A stretch of 64,000 nt of DNA from Alphaproteobacteria bacterium (GCA_965214705.1 OZ243972.1:1376001-1440000); one strand, 5' to 3'. Positions 28,491 through 38,755 are shown, counted from the stretch's first letter. Numbers and translations: made by a program. The notes: generated by a model not told the origin, from the letters alone.

Positions 28491-29423
28491 ATGACAATTG
28501 GTAGCGAGGAAAAGAGGCAACTCGATGCGGTGCGACGCCTCGAACAAGTCACACGACGTCCTGTCAGCAAGGGGTTAGAGGACCTTCTCCACCAGGTGCT
28601 GCCCGTCCTCGATCATGGCTTTGTTAGAGTCGTTGATTATATGGGTGACGACTCTTCTGTCGTACAGGCTGCCCGTGTCTCTTACGGAACCGGAACTCGA
28701 AAAAAACGAGAAGATCACAATCTAATCAACTACTTGATGCAGCACAATCATACCACGCCATTTGAAATGGCTGAAATAAAGCTTCATGTGAAACTTCCAA
28801 TTTTCGTTGCACGTCAATGGATACGACATAGAACCGCGAGTGTCAACGAATACTCCGCACGCTACTCTGTATTAGATAGAGAGTTTTACGTACCGGATCC
28901 AGAGAATCTTGCCGCTCAATCACCATCAAATCGGCAAGGACGAGAAACCATTCTACACGGTGACGAAGCGCGCGAAGTCTTGCAAATGCTGCGTGACGAC
29001 GCGGAAACCGCCTACGAACACTATCAATACCTCCTGAACGAGGACTCGAAGGGAAAGAAACGCGACGAAAAGAGGCAAGGCCTTGCTAGAGAACTAGCAC
29101 GCTTGAACTTGAGCGTAAATTTCTATACGCAGTGGTACTGGAAAGTGGACCTCCACAATCTATTGAGGTTCCTTCAGCTAAGAGCGGATTCACACGCGCA
29201 GTACGAAATTCGTGTATACGCAGATCTGCTCCTAAATATTCTCGAATGTTGGGTTCCGCTGACTGCCCTAGCATTTCGAGAGCATCGTCTGGATGCCACT
29301 GTTTTATCTCGAACAGCAACAAACGTCATAAAAGAAAAATTGGCGGGAAAGTCGGTTTCTTTCGACGATAGTGGGCTGTCAAAACGTGAGTGGAACAATC
29401 TTACCAAAACACTTGGCTTATAG
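28491..29423 (+). CDS. thyX: FAD-dependent thymidylate synthase
   Basis: VLDHGFV, AARVSY, HTTPFE, RQWIRHRTASVNEYSARYS ThyX motif, ELAR, HAQYEIR. Confidence 0.95.
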   Translation: MTIGSEEKRQLDAVRRLEQVTRRPVSKGLEDLLHQVLPVLDHGFVRVVDYMGDDSSVVQAARVSYGTGTRKKREDHNLINYLMQHNHTTPFEMAEIKLHVKLPIFVARQWIRHRTASVNEYSARYSVLDREFYVPDPENLAAQSPSNRQGRETILHGDEAREVLQMLRDDAETAYEHYQYLLNEDSKGKKRDEKRQGLARELARLNLSVNFYTQWYWKVDLHNLLRFLQLRADSHAQYEIRVYADLLLNILECWVPLTALAFREHRLDATVLSRTATNVIKEKLAGKSVSFDDSGLSKREWNNLTKTLGL

Positions 29424-29438
29424 TGCCTCCACGCTTGG

Positions 29439-30686
29439 TTAAGACCTACCACCGCCTCGGCGGTCGCCGCTTTTGGCCGATCGCCCGACGAACCCCGACC
29501 ATTCCTCCATCAACACCCGCCGTCGCTCGAACAGGTCGGTCCGCCGATACGCGGCCTCCACGCGATCTGAATTCACATGCGCGAGCGCGAGCTCGCAGAC
29601 CTCGCGGGGCGCATCCGAGCACTCCGCCGCCCAGTCGCGGAAGGACGACCGGAAGCCGTGCGGCACGGCCTCGATGCCGAGCTCCCGGAGCAGCTTGGAG
29701 ATCGTGTTGTCGCTGAGCGCCCGGCCCTGCGGCGAGGGGAATATCAGCCCGGACCGGTCCTCGAAGGCGCGCGCCTCCTCCAGGATCTCCAGCGCGCGGG
29801 CCGACAGCGGCACCCGGTGATCGCGCTTCGCCTTCATCCGGCTTGCGGGCACCGTCCATGTGCCCGATTCGAAATCGACCTCGTCCCAGGTTGCGAGCCG
29901 GACCTCGCCGGACCGAGTGGCCGTCAGCACCAGGAACTCGAAGGCGAGCGCGGTGAGCTGTTGCGCACCCGACGTCTTCACCTTCTTGAGCGCGGCACCG
30001 ACCTCGGGGAAGGGGAGGGCGCGCTGGTGCCGGCGCACGCTGCCGTTCTTCGGCAACGCGGCGGAGATTGCGTCGCCGGCGGGATTGTCGTCGCGGTAGC
30101 CCTGTGCGATGGCCCACTTCATCACCGCGCCGATCCGCTGGCGCACGCGCCGCATGGTTTCGGTCTTGGTGTGCCAGTGCGGGATCAGGACGGCCATCAC
30201 GTCGGCGGTGGTGATCTGGTCGACGCGCCTGCGGCCGAGCCGCTTCATGGCGTAGTCCCGGAGCGAGGCACGCCATTGCTTCTCGCTCTTGCCGGCGTCC
30301 TTCCAGCCTTCGCGGTGGATGGCGATCACGGTCTCGACTGCGTCCGCGAAGGTGGGCACGTCCGGTTTGCGCTTGAGCGCGATCGGATCGCCCCCCGCCC
30401 ATGAGATCTTCCGGTACTCGAAGGCCTTTTGGCGGGCTTCGGCGAGGGAGACGTAGGGGAATGCGCCGAGGCCCACGTCGCGGCGCATGCCGTTGACGGT
30501 TCCGCGCCAGATCCAGTGTTTGGAGATCGACTTCCGTTTGCGCGACTCGTAGACTCGGAGGCGCAGTCCGTGCTGGTCGCCGTAGACGCCGGGCCGGTTG
30601 ACGGTCTTGACGAATGCGGCGGTGAGGCGTCCTTTCTTTGGGACTTTGATGGCGGACGCGGAGGGAATCGAACGCGTTTCGGGCAT
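29439..30686 (-). CDS. P4-like tyrosine integrase with arm-binding domain
   Basis: GLRLRV...GLGAFPYVSLAEAR; R (TATRSGE), K (RMK), HGFRSSFRDW, LAH, Y (AAYRR). Confidence 0.95.
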   Translation of the reverse strand: MPETRSIPSASAIKVPKKGRLTAAFVKTVNRPGVYGDQHGLRLRVYESRKRKSISKHWIWRGTVNGMRRDVGLGAFPYVSLAEARQKAFEYRKISWAGGDPIALKRKPDVPTFADAVETVIAIHREGWKDAGKSEKQWRASLRDYAMKRLGRRRVDQITTADVMAVLIPHWHTKTETMRRVRQRIGAVMKWAIAQGYRDDNPAGDAISAALPKNGSVRRHQRALPFPEVGAALKKVKTSGAQQLTALAFEFLVLTATRSGEVRLATWDEVDFESGTWTVPASRMKAKRDHRVPLSARALEILEEARAFEDRSGLIFPSPQGRALSDNTISKLLRELGIEAVPHGFRSSFRDWAAECSDAPREVCELALAHVNSDRVEAAYRRTDLFERRRVLMEEWSGFVGRSAKSGDRRGGGRS

Positions 30687-30697
30687 GCTTTCCGGTA

Positions 30698-30849
30698 CCC
30701 ATAATGAGTCCCACAATGCGATCGATATTGGCTGAGAACTGTGTAGAACGCAAGGCAAGAGTTGGGCCGGTAACCCTTTGATCTTGAACAACAGTTACGA
30801 ACGGTTGAGAAGCGTTGAAAACTCCCTTGGGCGGTCACCCCCTCCGCCA
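30698..30849 (+). other. att site: arm repeats, IHF-like site and tRNA-Ser 3'-end core
   Basis: CCCATAATG/CCCACAATG (30698, 30710); TAACCCTTTGAT (30771-30782) fits ATCAAnnnnTTR on the minus strand; TCACCCCCTCCGCCA (30835-30849) = T-stem + acceptor strand + G discriminator + CCA. Confidence 0.7.
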
Positions 30850-31002
30850 CCCAATCCTCGAATGGAGGTTCTCACGGGCGGCGGCGGAGTTGCTCAAACT
30901 CCTCAGTAAAATTTGTTCGAGCCTAGCTCGTTGGCGGCGTCAATGCTCGGCTGAGTGATCCTCTCCGCTGGCCTTCTCAGCGACTTCAAATCGGCGCCCA
31001 AA

Positions 31003-32895
31003 CTAAAACACAACGCGCAGGCCTACGTTCACCAGGTGGTCGCTGCGGGAGCCGTCGCCGGTGCGGCCTGAGTAGCCCAGGACAGCGCTCCCTTGCCCGC
31101 CGAGGCTCATGGAAACGCCGAGATCGACGCTCAGCCAGTCCTCGGGCGGCGCAAACCCCTCCACCGTGAACTGCCCGTTCATGGTGTTGGAGCCCGCCGT
31201 GACCGAGACGGGGTCGCCATGGAGCTCCTTGGCATAGGCGGCGGCAACGTAGGGACGAATGCCGAGGCTCTCCGAGCCCGCCTCGAACGAGAACCGGTAG
31301 CCGGCGCGGGCGACGAGGGAGCCGCGCTCGAACGCGGCAAAGTTCATGGCGGTGGAGGAGGTTCCGCTCTCGCGGTAGCCGTCCACCTCCTGATCGAGCC
31401 AGGAGAGACCGAGCGCGGGCCCGTGGCGGGTCCCCTCCGCCTCGCCCATCGTCCAGCCGAGGCCAAGATCGACGCCGACCTGACGCCCCGCCGTCGAGCC
31501 GCGCTCGGTGTTCACCGCCGGCCCGAGGGTCATGGAGCGCTCGATGTCCATACCGGTTCTGCCCAGGTTCACCGCGGCGCTGAGCTGCAGTCCGCCTTGC
31601 CGCCAGGTTCCGTGCAGCGAGCCGACGGCCGTCTCGCTCTCGAGGGAGGCACCCTCGACGCCGTTGTCGTGACGGCCCAGGCTGAGCGCCACGCCCCACC
31701 GGAAATCGCGTGACGCCCGCTGGCCGAAGCCGAGGGTCACGGCTTGCTCGTCGACCTGCGCCTCGCCGAGACGCGGCGGGGCCTCGACCGCGCGCCGGCC
31801 CGTGTGCGCAACCGCGTAGCTGTGCCAACGCCCGACGGAGTACTTTCGATCGGAAAGTTGCTCGGCCGCGATGACGCTGCGGTGTGCCGCCACCGCCGCC
31901 TCGCCCGCTTCGCCGGCGAGCGAGACCTGGAGCGGCGCCTTAAGGGTTGCCGTCACCACACTTGCGAGGATCGCGTGTGCCCCGCCGCTGGGGTGCTTGT
32001 CGTCCGCGAACAGGTGGCTTCGGTTGGTGCCGGGCTCATAGGTGACAGGCGAGCCCGAGCCCGCCGGGGCGCAGACGATCGAATTAATTTCCCGGCTGAC
32101 CGGCGCGCATGCCGTCCCGGCGACGTCGGTGAAGCCGTACCGCTCTGGGGTCGCCAGAAGCGCGTTGAACAGGCCGAAGGCGTCGATCGGGACGATTCCG
32201 TCGTCGAGCGTGCCGAGGCCCGCGTTCAGCGTCTGGTTGTAGGCCGTGACAAGCGCGGTCAGCGTCGGCGGGAAGCTCGGATCGGGGATACTCTGGGCAA
32301 ACGGAGTCTGTCCCGCATCCGGCAGGTTGAGGACCACGATATGGCGCGCGCCGGCCTGTTGCAGGCGCTGGATTTCGCCCACGTAGCGCTGTGCCGTCGC
32401 CGGAATGGCGGCCTGAGGATTGACCGGCTCGCCTGCCGCGACGGCCTCGAGAACGGCAACGAGGTCGTTGCTCCCGGCCCAGACGGCGTAAAGGTGGCTC
32501 GGATCGGCCTCCCCCTGGGCACGCATCAAGAGGTGCTGATCGATCTGTTGGTCGATCCTCGGCATTTCGATCCGGCCGAGCACCGGCACAGTGACGTGGC
32601 AAGGGATGTCCCTGTTCACGCAAGCGCCGCCGACAGCGAAGTTCGTGCCCCCGGTGAGTGATGATCCCCCCGGCACGCCGAAGGTCTCGGCCACGATTTC
32701 GGCCCAGATCGGGTCGGGGTTGGTGGTGAAGCTGCTTCCCGCCGGCAGCCCCAGCGGCAGCGCTTCGACCACGTTGCCGGAATCGCTCAGGCTGTCGCCG
32801 AAGATGACGATGGCGTCGTAGTCTTGTGCCCGAACGCCGGAGGCGCAGGCGACGATCGCGACGGCAACAAGGAAAGCGCGGATGTGAAGACGCAT
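31003..32895 (-). CDS. GDSL/SGNH esterase autotransporter (EstA-like)
   Basis: Signal peptide, FGDSLSDSG, NFAVGGA, GSND, DDKHP; beta-barrel ending in Phe. Confidence 0.92.
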   Translation of the reverse strand: MRLHIRAFLVAVAIVACASGVRAQDYDAIVIFGDSLSDSGNVVEALPLGLPAGSSFTTNPDPIWAEIVAETFGVPGGSSLTGGTNFAVGGACVNRDIPCHVTVPVLGRIEMPRIDQQIDQHLLMRAQGEADPSHLYAVWAGSNDLVAVLEAVAAGEPVNPQAAIPATAQRYVGEIQRLQQAGARHIVVLNLPDAGQTPFAQSIPDPSFPPTLTALVTAYNQTLNAGLGTLDDGIVPIDAFGLFNALLATPERYGFTDVAGTACAPVSREINSIVCAPAGSGSPVTYEPGTNRSHLFADDKHPSGGAHAILASVVTATLKAPLQVSLAGEAGEAAVAAHRSVIAAEQLSDRKYSVGRWHSYAVAHTGRRAVEAPPRLGEAQVDEQAVTLGFGQRASRDFRWGVALSLGRHDNGVEGASLESETAVGSLHGTWRQGGLQLSAAVNLGRTGMDIERSMTLGPAVNTERGSTAGRQVGVDLGLGWTMGEAEGTRHGPALGLSWLDQEVDGYRESGTSSTAMNFAAFERGSLVARAGYRFSFEAGSESLGIRPYVAAAYAKELHGDPVSVTAGSNTMNGQFTVEGFAPPEDWLSVDLGVSMSLGGQGSAVLGYSGRTGDGSRSDHLVNVGLRVVF

Positions 32896-33045
32896 CAGAT
32901 GGCTCCCTTACGGCACGTGGCCAGCGCCCGCGACGGCCAGAGGACCATCCGACACAGCGCTGACTCTCGGCCCTGTCTCCAAGCGACGAGCGCGTTCGCG
33001 CACCATTATCGACTCTCGCCGCCGTCTGCGCCACCGGCCGGCGTG

Positions 33046-33939
33046 CTAGGACGCGCCGGCCTCCTCGGCGAGCAAAGCGGCAAGGCCGGCGCGGTAGCTC
33101 GGATAGCGCAGCGTGACGCCCAGCTCGGCCTTGATGCGGGCGTTGGAGACCCGCCGGCTATCGGCATAGAAGCTCCGCGCCATCGGCGAGAGGTCCGCGT
33201 CCTCCAGGGGCGTGAGCGGCGGCGGCGCGACGCCCAGACGGGCACAGGCGTGCGCGACGACGTCCGCCGCGGGCGCAGGCTCGTCGTCGCACACATTATA
33301 TATGGCGCCTGCGTGGGGCTTGGCGATGGAGGTCGCCAGCACCTGCGCGATGTCGGCCACGTGAATGCGCGAGAAGACCTGCCCCGGCTTCGCGATGCGT
33401 TTGGCCTCACCGCGCCGCACAGTAGCGAGCGCGTTGCGCCCCGGCCCGTAGATTCCGGCCAGGCGAAAGACGTGCACGGCGAGGCCGTGTTCTGCGCCGA
33501 GGGCGAGCCAACTCCGTTCCGCCTCGAGCCTGCGCTTCCCGCGCGCGCCGGTGGGCGCAAGTGGGGCGTTCTCGTCAACCCAGGCGCCGCCGGTATCGCC
33601 GTAGACCCCCGTGGTGGAGAGATAGCCGATCCATTCCAGGCCCTCGATGGCGGCGATATCGGTGCCGTGGCAGTCGAGCGCCGGGTCGCCGTCTGCGTCC
33701 GGTGGGATCGAGAGGAGGACATGGGTCGCGTCAGCAAGGCTCCGCACCGGATCCGCAAGCGGCGCCTCGCGCGAGAAGGGGACGGCATCGACGCCCGCAT
33801 CCGCGAGTGCGCGGCAACCTTCGGGCGTTCGGCAGGTGCCGGTGAGGGACCAGCCGGCGGGGCCAAGCAGTTCGCCCAATGCCGAGGCGCTAAAGCCGTA
33901 GCCGAAGCAGAACAGCCGCTTGCCGCGCGCCGTCGTCAT
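33046..33939 (-). CDS. NAD-dependent epimerase/atypical SDR
   Basis: FGYGFSA, YLSTTGVYGD, RLAGIYGPGR, FSRIHVADI. Confidence 0.9.
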   Translation of the reverse strand: MTTARGKRLFCFGYGFSASALGELLGPAGWSLTGTCRTPEGCRALADAGVDAVPFSREAPLADPVRSLADATHVLLSIPPDADGDPALDCHGTDIAAIEGLEWIGYLSTTGVYGDTGGAWVDENAPLAPTGARGKRRLEAERSWLALGAEHGLAVHVFRLAGIYGPGRNALATVRRGEAKRIAKPGQVFSRIHVADIAQVLATSIAKPHAGAIYNVCDDEPAPAADVVAHACARLGVAPPPLTPLEDADLSPMARSFYADSRRVSNARIKAELGVTLRYPSYRAGLAALLAEEAGAS

Positions 33940-35111
33940 GGTCGGGCGCGGCCGGAAGCGCTTGCCGTGGGCTCGGCACCTCTCCATTCGGCCAACACCG
34001 CGGGGTCCGTCTCGGCTGGGGCATGGCGGGCACGGAGTGCGGCGAAATCAGCCGGTGGCGCGAGCCGCCGAGACGCCCAGACCGCCATGGCCCGCACCAA
34101 CGGGGAGGAGTCGCTGAGCAGCCGTTTCGCAGACGGCAAGACTGTGGCATCCCTGCAGTTACCGAGGGCGATCAGCACGTTGCGCACGAAGCGGTCGCGC
34201 CCGGTGCGCTTGATCGGGCTGCCAGAGAAGACGGTTCTGAAGGTCTTGTCGTCCAGCGCCGCGAGGTCGGCGAGCCGGGGCGCGGTCAGCTCGGCGCGCG
34301 GCAGGAAGGCGTACTCTTGCGTCCGGCGGGCGAACTTGTTCCACGGGCAGACCGCGAGGCAATCGTCGCAGCCATAGATCCTGTTGCCCATGGCCGCGCG
34401 AAATTCGAGCGCGATGTGGCCCTTATGCTCGATGGTGAGGTACGAGATGCAGCGCCTGGCATCCAGCCGGTAGGGAGCCGGGAAGGCGTCGGTCGGGCAG
34501 ATATCGAGGCATTGGCGGCAGGAGCCGCAATGGTCGGCCTCGGCCTCGTCGGGTGCGAGGTCGAGGGTCGTGAACAGCTCACCGAGGAAGAGCCACGAGC
34601 CCTGGCGGCGGGAGACGAGGTTGGTGTGCTTGCCCGGCCAGCCGATGCCCGCGCGGGCCGCCAGCGGCTTCTCCATCACCGGCGCCGTGTCCACGAACAG
34701 CTTTACCTCTGCGTCGAAGGTGCCTACGACGAAGCGCGCGAGCCGCCGGAGCCTGCTCTTGAGCACGTCGTGGTAGTCGCGGCCTTGGGCATAGGCCGAG
34801 ACGATGCCCCGCGTTGGTGCGTCGAGCAGGTGCAGCGGATCATGCGCCGGACCGTAGTTGAGGCCCACCACCACAACGCTGCGTGCCTCGGGCCAGAGCG
34901 CGCGGGGGGCTGCGCGTCGCTCGGCGGTGCGCGGCAGCCACGCCATGTCACCGGCATAGCCCAGGCGCAGGAACTGTCGAAGTCCCTCGCCGTCCTCCGG
35001 CACATCGTCGGCACTTGCCACGCCCGCGGCCTGGAAGCCGAGCGAGCGGGCGTGAGTCAGGATCGCGTCACGCGAGGTAGCGGGGTCGGTGGGCTCGGGC
35101 GCCGCCGTCAC
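33936..35111 (-). CDS. queG: Epoxyqueuosine reductase
   Basis: YAQGRDYH, VDTAPVMEK, CGSCRQCLDICPT, RCISYLTIE, IYGCDDCLAVCPWN. Confidence 0.95.
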   Translation of the reverse strand: MTAAPEPTDPATSRDAILTHARSLGFQAAGVASADDVPEDGEGLRQFLRLGYAGDMAWLPRTAERRAAPRALWPEARSVVVVGLNYGPAHDPLHLLDAPTRGIVSAYAQGRDYHDVLKSRLRRLARFVVGTFDAEVKLFVDTAPVMEKPLAARAGIGWPGKHTNLVSRRQGSWLFLGELFTTLDLAPDEAEADHCGSCRQCLDICPTDAFPAPYRLDARRCISYLTIEHKGHIALEFRAAMGNRIYGCDDCLAVCPWNKFARRTQEYAFLPRAELTAPRLADLAALDDKTFRTVFSGSPIKRTGRDRFVRNVLIALGNCRDATVLPSAKRLLSDSSPLVRAMAVWASRRLAPPADFAALRARHAPAETDPAVLAEWRGAEPTASASGRARP

Positions 35112-35611
35112 TTTCTCCCCGCACCTTCGATCATCATGTCGAGTGCGGTCGCCACGGTTGCCAATCGCACCGCGCCGCGATCGCCCGGATAGACCACGCG
35201 CCGGTGAAGGACCGCGCCGCCTGGCCCTGCGCAGGCGTGGTGCACCAAGCCGACCGGCTTGGTTGTCGTTCCCCCGCCGGGCCCTGCAATGCCGGTCACC
35301 GCGACCGCGAGGGTGGCGTTGGAGCGTGCGAGCGCGCCTGCCGCCATCGCCCGTGCCACCTCCTCGCTGACCGCGCCTACGCGCATCAGCAGCTCTTCGG
35401 GCACGCCGAGCATGTCCCGTTTGGCCTCGTTGGCATAAGTCACGAAGCCGCGGTCCACCACGTCCGATGAGCCGGCAATCTCGGTGAGACACGCGGCGAT
35501 CAGGCCGCCGGTGCAGGATTCCGCCGTGGCGACGCGCACGCCCCGCGTCCGGCAGAGCGAAAGTAGCCGCTCGGCACGCTCGGTGATGTCCGCAGGAAAG
35601 GTCACAGCCAT
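35108..35611 (-). CDS. cinA: CinA/PncC-family NMN amidohydrolase
   Basis: TAESCTGGL, GSS, VTYANEAK, TGIAGPGG. Confidence 0.9.
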   Translation of the reverse strand: MAVTFPADITERAERLLSLCRTRGVRVATAESCTGGLIAACLTEIAGSSDVVDRGFVTYANEAKRDMLGVPEELLMRVGAVSEEVARAMAAGALARSNATLAVAVTGIAGPGGGTTTKPVGLVHHACAGPGGAVLHRRVVYPGDRGAVRLATVATALDMMIEGAGRK

Positions 35612-36087
35612 ATCCAGACGTTCCAGAGCAGGACCGCTGCCAGGGCGCCGGCGACAATGTCATCCAGCATCACGCCGAGCCCGCCCTTCACGCGCTTATC
35701 GAGCAGGCTGATGGGCCAGGGCTTTACCACGTCGAACAGGCGGAACAACACGAAGCCCACCGCGTAGAGGGCGACGGTCGGCGGCACCAACAGCAGGGTC
35801 ACGAACTGGCCCGCGACTTCGTCGATCACGATGGCCGATGAATCGCGGGTTCCGGTGCGGCGCTCGTAGGCACCGGCCGCCCAAATGCCAATCACGATCA
35901 GCACGAGGGTGGCGATGGCGAGGCCGATCGTGCCGGTGTAGGTCCTGAGCAGCCACGCGAAGGGCAGCGCCAATGCCGACGCCACGGTCCCCGGCGCCCA
36001 GCGCACGAGGCCCACGCCGAAACAGGTCGCGATCAAGGTTGCCGGATCGCGCAGGTTGAGGCGGGCCGGCTCCGCTTCAGCGGTCAT
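35602..36087 (-). CDS. pgpA: Phosphatidylglycerophosphatase A
   Basis: [30 protein letters not shown]. Confidence 0.93.
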   Translation of the reverse strand: MTAEAEPARLNLRDPATLIATCFGVGLVRWAPGTVASALALPFAWLLRTYTGTIGLAIATLVLIVIGIWAAGAYERRTGTRDSSAIVIDEVAGQFVTLLLVPPTVALYAVGFVLFRLFDVVKPWPISLLDKRVKGGLGVMLDDIVAGALAAVLLWNVWIWL

Positions 36088-37306
36088 CGGCATCGTCTGC
36101 GGGCAAGCGGACCGTGGCGACCGCCTGCGCGGCGATGCCTTCGCCGCGCCCGGTGAAGCCGAGGCGCTCGGTCGTGGTCGCCTTCAGGCTGATACGCGCC
36201 GGGTCCAAGCCCAGAATAGTGGCAAGACGCGCCATCATGACCTCACGGTGCGGGCCGATCTTGGGCCGCTGGCAGATCACCGTGACATCGACATGGCTGA
36301 GGTGGCCGCCGCGCGCCGCCAGGAGCTTGAGCGCGTGGGCCACGAAGAGCGCGGACTCGGCGTCCCTCCACGCCTCGTCGGAGGGCGGGAAGTGGGTGCC
36401 GATATCGCCCGCCGCCATCGCTCCCAGCAACGCGTCGACGATGGCGTGGAGCACCACGTCGCCGTCGGAATGGCTGACCACGCCCTGCGCGTGCGGCACC
36501 ACCACGCCGCCCAGCATGAGGTGGTCGCCAGGGCCGAAGCGGTGGACGTCGAAGCCCATCCCGACGCGGGTTTCGAATGCGGCCTCGGCCGCGGTAGCAA
36601 CCTCGCGTTCGCCCTGCGTTGCCAGGATGCGCTCGGCACGGGCGAAATCCCGCTCGGTGGTAATCTTGAGGTTGTCCTCGTCGCCGGGGGTGAGGGCGAC
36701 GGCGAGACCGGCCTGCTCGGCCACCGCAGCATCGTCGGTCAGATTATCGCCCGCCGCGGCGCGGTGGGCGTCGAGAATGGCAGGATAGCGGAAGCCCTGC
36801 GGGGTCTGGGCGCGCCAGAGTTCCTCGCGCGGCACCGCGCCCACGACCAGGGAACTGCCGGGCGCCGCCTGCTTGAGGCTGTCGCTGACCGCCAGCGCGG
36901 GGAGGGCGCCGTCGTGGCCTGCGAGCGCGTCGAGCGCCCCGTCGATCACGGCGGCGGAGACCAGGGGACGCGCGCCGTCGTGGATCAACACCAGGTCGGG
37001 CGGCGATTCCGCGAGGCTTTCCAGTCCGTTACGCACCGAGTCCTGCCGCGTCTCGCCGCCGGCGACCGGTGCGAGCAGCGCAGCGTCTGCCGTATCGCCG
37101 CTTTCGCGCACTGCGTCGTCGTAGAGCGGCCGGTCGGCGGGATTGATCACTACCCTGACCCGGTCGATGCGTGGGTGGGTCGCGAAGCGCTGCACGCTGT
37201 GGCCGAGCACCGCGCGCCCGGCGAGCGCGCGGTACTGCTTGGGCAGCGGGCCGCCGACCCGGTGGCCGCGCCCGGCGGCGACGATCAGGGCGGCGGCGCT
37301 GACCAT
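36077..37306 (-). CDS. ispDF: Bifunctional IspD/IspF
   Basis: AAGRGHR..PKQY, IHDGARP, AQTPQGF; GFDVHRF, HSDGDV. Confidence 0.95.
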   Translation of the reverse strand: MVSAAALIVAAGRGHRVGGPLPKQYRALAGRAVLGHSVQRFATHPRIDRVRVVINPADRPLYDDAVRESGDTADAALLAPVAGGETRQDSVRNGLESLAESPPDLVLIHDGARPLVSAAVIDGALDALAGHDGALPALAVSDSLKQAAPGSSLVVGAVPREELWRAQTPQGFRYPAILDAHRAAAGDNLTDDAAVAEQAGLAVALTPGDEDNLKITTERDFARAERILATQGEREVATAAEAAFETRVGMGFDVHRFGPGDHLMLGGVVVPHAQGVVSHSDGDVVLHAIVDALLGAMAAGDIGTHFPPSDEAWRDAESALFVAHALKLLAARGGHLSHVDVTVICQRPKIGPHREVMMARLATILGLDPARISLKATTTERLGFTGRGEGIAAQAVATVRLPADDADDR

Positions 37307-37352
37307 GGTGGATCTGTGGCGCGGGTGGCGGCGTTCCGCGCCCCTCCTCGAT

Positions 37353-37428
37353 TGGTGCCGGCGGCAGGACTCGAACCCGCAACCCCTTGATTACAAATCA
37401 AGTGCTCTACCAGTTGAGCTACGCCGGC
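37353..37428 (-). tRNA. tRNA-Thr(TGT)
   Basis: Cloverleaf, anticodon loop TTTGTAA, GTTCGAGT, CCA end. Confidence 0.95.
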
Positions 37429-37509
37429 CAATCGGCCGCTGCAGGCGCGCGCGATCACGGAAGGCCCGCTTTCAAGCGCGCCCTGCGGGCGGTGTCAAGC
37501 ACGCTGCGC

Positions 37510-38346
37510 TCATCGCCGCGAAACCTCGTAGAGCGCGATGGCGGCGGCATTGGAAACGTTGAGGCTCGTCATCGAACCCGGCATGGGAATGCTCGCGGTC
37601 GAATCGCAGCGCTCGCGGGTAAGCCGGCGCATGCCCAGGCCTTCGGCACCCAGCACGAGCGCGAGCGGCGCCTTCACGGAGACGGCCCCGAGCGGCTCGG
37701 ATGCGTCGGGGTCGAGGCCGAGGCACCAGAAGCCGAGTTCTTTCAACACGATGAGGGCGCGCGCGATGTTGACCACGCGGGCGAGCGGCACCGTTTCCAG
37801 CGCGCCCGAGGCGGCCTTGGCCAGCGCGCCGGCGCCCTGCGGCGAATGGCGGTCCTGCATCACCACGGCACCCACCGCGAAGGCCGCCGCCGAGCGCAGG
37901 ATCGCGCCCACGTTGTGCGGATCGGTCACCTGGTCGAGCACGACCACAGTCCGCGGGCCCTCCGCCCCTTGCGCCACGCCGCGGCAGGCCGACGCCAGAT
38001 CGACCGCCGGCAGCGGCGCCGTCTCCAGCACGATGCCTTGGTGCACGGCGCCCTCCGGCAACAGGGCGGCGAGGTCCTGGCGGGAGACGATCTGCGGTGC
38101 ATCGAGTAGGGCGCGGGCGGCAAGTGGCAGCGCGCGCGCGTCCGCTCGCTCGGCGAGCTGCGCTGCGCCCTCCTCCGTCGCGATCAGCCGGTGGCAGCGG
38201 CGGCTCGGATTGGCGAGCGCGGCGGCGACTGCGTGGGCGCCGTAGAGCCGCTCGCGGCGGGGTCGCGCCTGGGCGCGCTGCTCCTGATGGGTGCGCCGGC
38301 GCCCGGTCCCGCGCTCGCGCGGGCGGCGAGAACTGTTGCGTGCCAT
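37510..38346 (-). CDS. rlmB: 23S rRNA Gm2251 methyltransferase (SPOUT)
   Basis: HQG, LDQVTDPHNVGAILRSA, LGAEG, SLNVSNA. Confidence 0.9.
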   Translation of the reverse strand: MARNSSRRPRERGTGRRRTHQEQRAQARPRRERLYGAHAVAAALANPSRRCHRLIATEEGAAQLAERADARALPLAARALLDAPQIVSRQDLAALLPEGAVHQGIVLETAPLPAVDLASACRGVAQGAEGPRTVVVLDQVTDPHNVGAILRSAAAFAVGAVVMQDRHSPQGAGALAKAASGALETVPLARVVNIARALIVLKELGFWCLGLDPDASEPLGAVSVKAPLALVLGAEGLGMRRLTRERCDSTASIPMPGSMTSLNVSNAAAIALYEVSRR

Positions 38347-38477
38347 GACGCACCCTATTATAAGACTTCCATCCCTTTTGCGAGACGCCCCGGCACACGG
38401 GCCGCCCGGCGCGCGCTGACGCCGCAGCCGCGGCGGCCAATGGCGCGGTGGGCCGTCACGGAGAGCTCCTTTGGGCG

Positions 38478-38511
38478 TTGACAATCGACCGCGGATGTCC
38501 ATAGTGCGCCC
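38478..38511 (+). promoter_or_regulatory. Stable-RNA-type sigma70 promoter for tRNA-Tyr/tRNA-Gly/tuf
   Basis: TTGACA-16 nt-CATAGT followed by GC-rich discriminator GCGCCC. Confidence 0.7.
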
Positions 38512-38542
38512 TTCCGAGTCCCGGGCGCGTCCACCTCGGCGC

Positions 38543-38628
38543 GGAGGGGTGGCCGAGTGGTTAAAGGCAGCAGACTGTAAATCTGCCGACGTATGTCTAC
38601 GTAGGTTCGAATCCTACCCCCTCCACCA
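38543..38628 (+). tRNA. tRNA-Tyr(GTA)
   Basis: GGAGGGG...CTGTAAA...long variable arm...GTTCGAATC...CCA. Confidence 0.95.
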
Positions 38629-38681
38629 CACGGGTGCAGCACGTGCACGCGGGCTGCAGGGCGCGGGGGACTTGAGATCGA

Positions 38682-38755
38682 GCGGGTGTAGCTCAATGGT
38701 AGAGCCCCAGCCTTCCAAGCTGGTTACGTGGGTTCGATTCCCATCACCCGCTCCA
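38682..38755 (+). tRNA. tRNA-Gly(TCC)
   Basis: GCGGGTG...CTTCCAA...GTTCGATTC...CCA. Confidence 0.95.

Larger units (their letters stand above)
1..30849. mobile_element. Integrative conjugative/mobilisable island (right part; left end lies outside the window)
   Basis: MOBF relaxase, nic-like site, SSB/Toprim/strawberry-notch/DUF2493 gene set, terminal P4-like integrase and a tRNA-Ser 3'-end fragment at 30835-30849; housekeeping genes resume afterwards. Confidence 0.85.
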
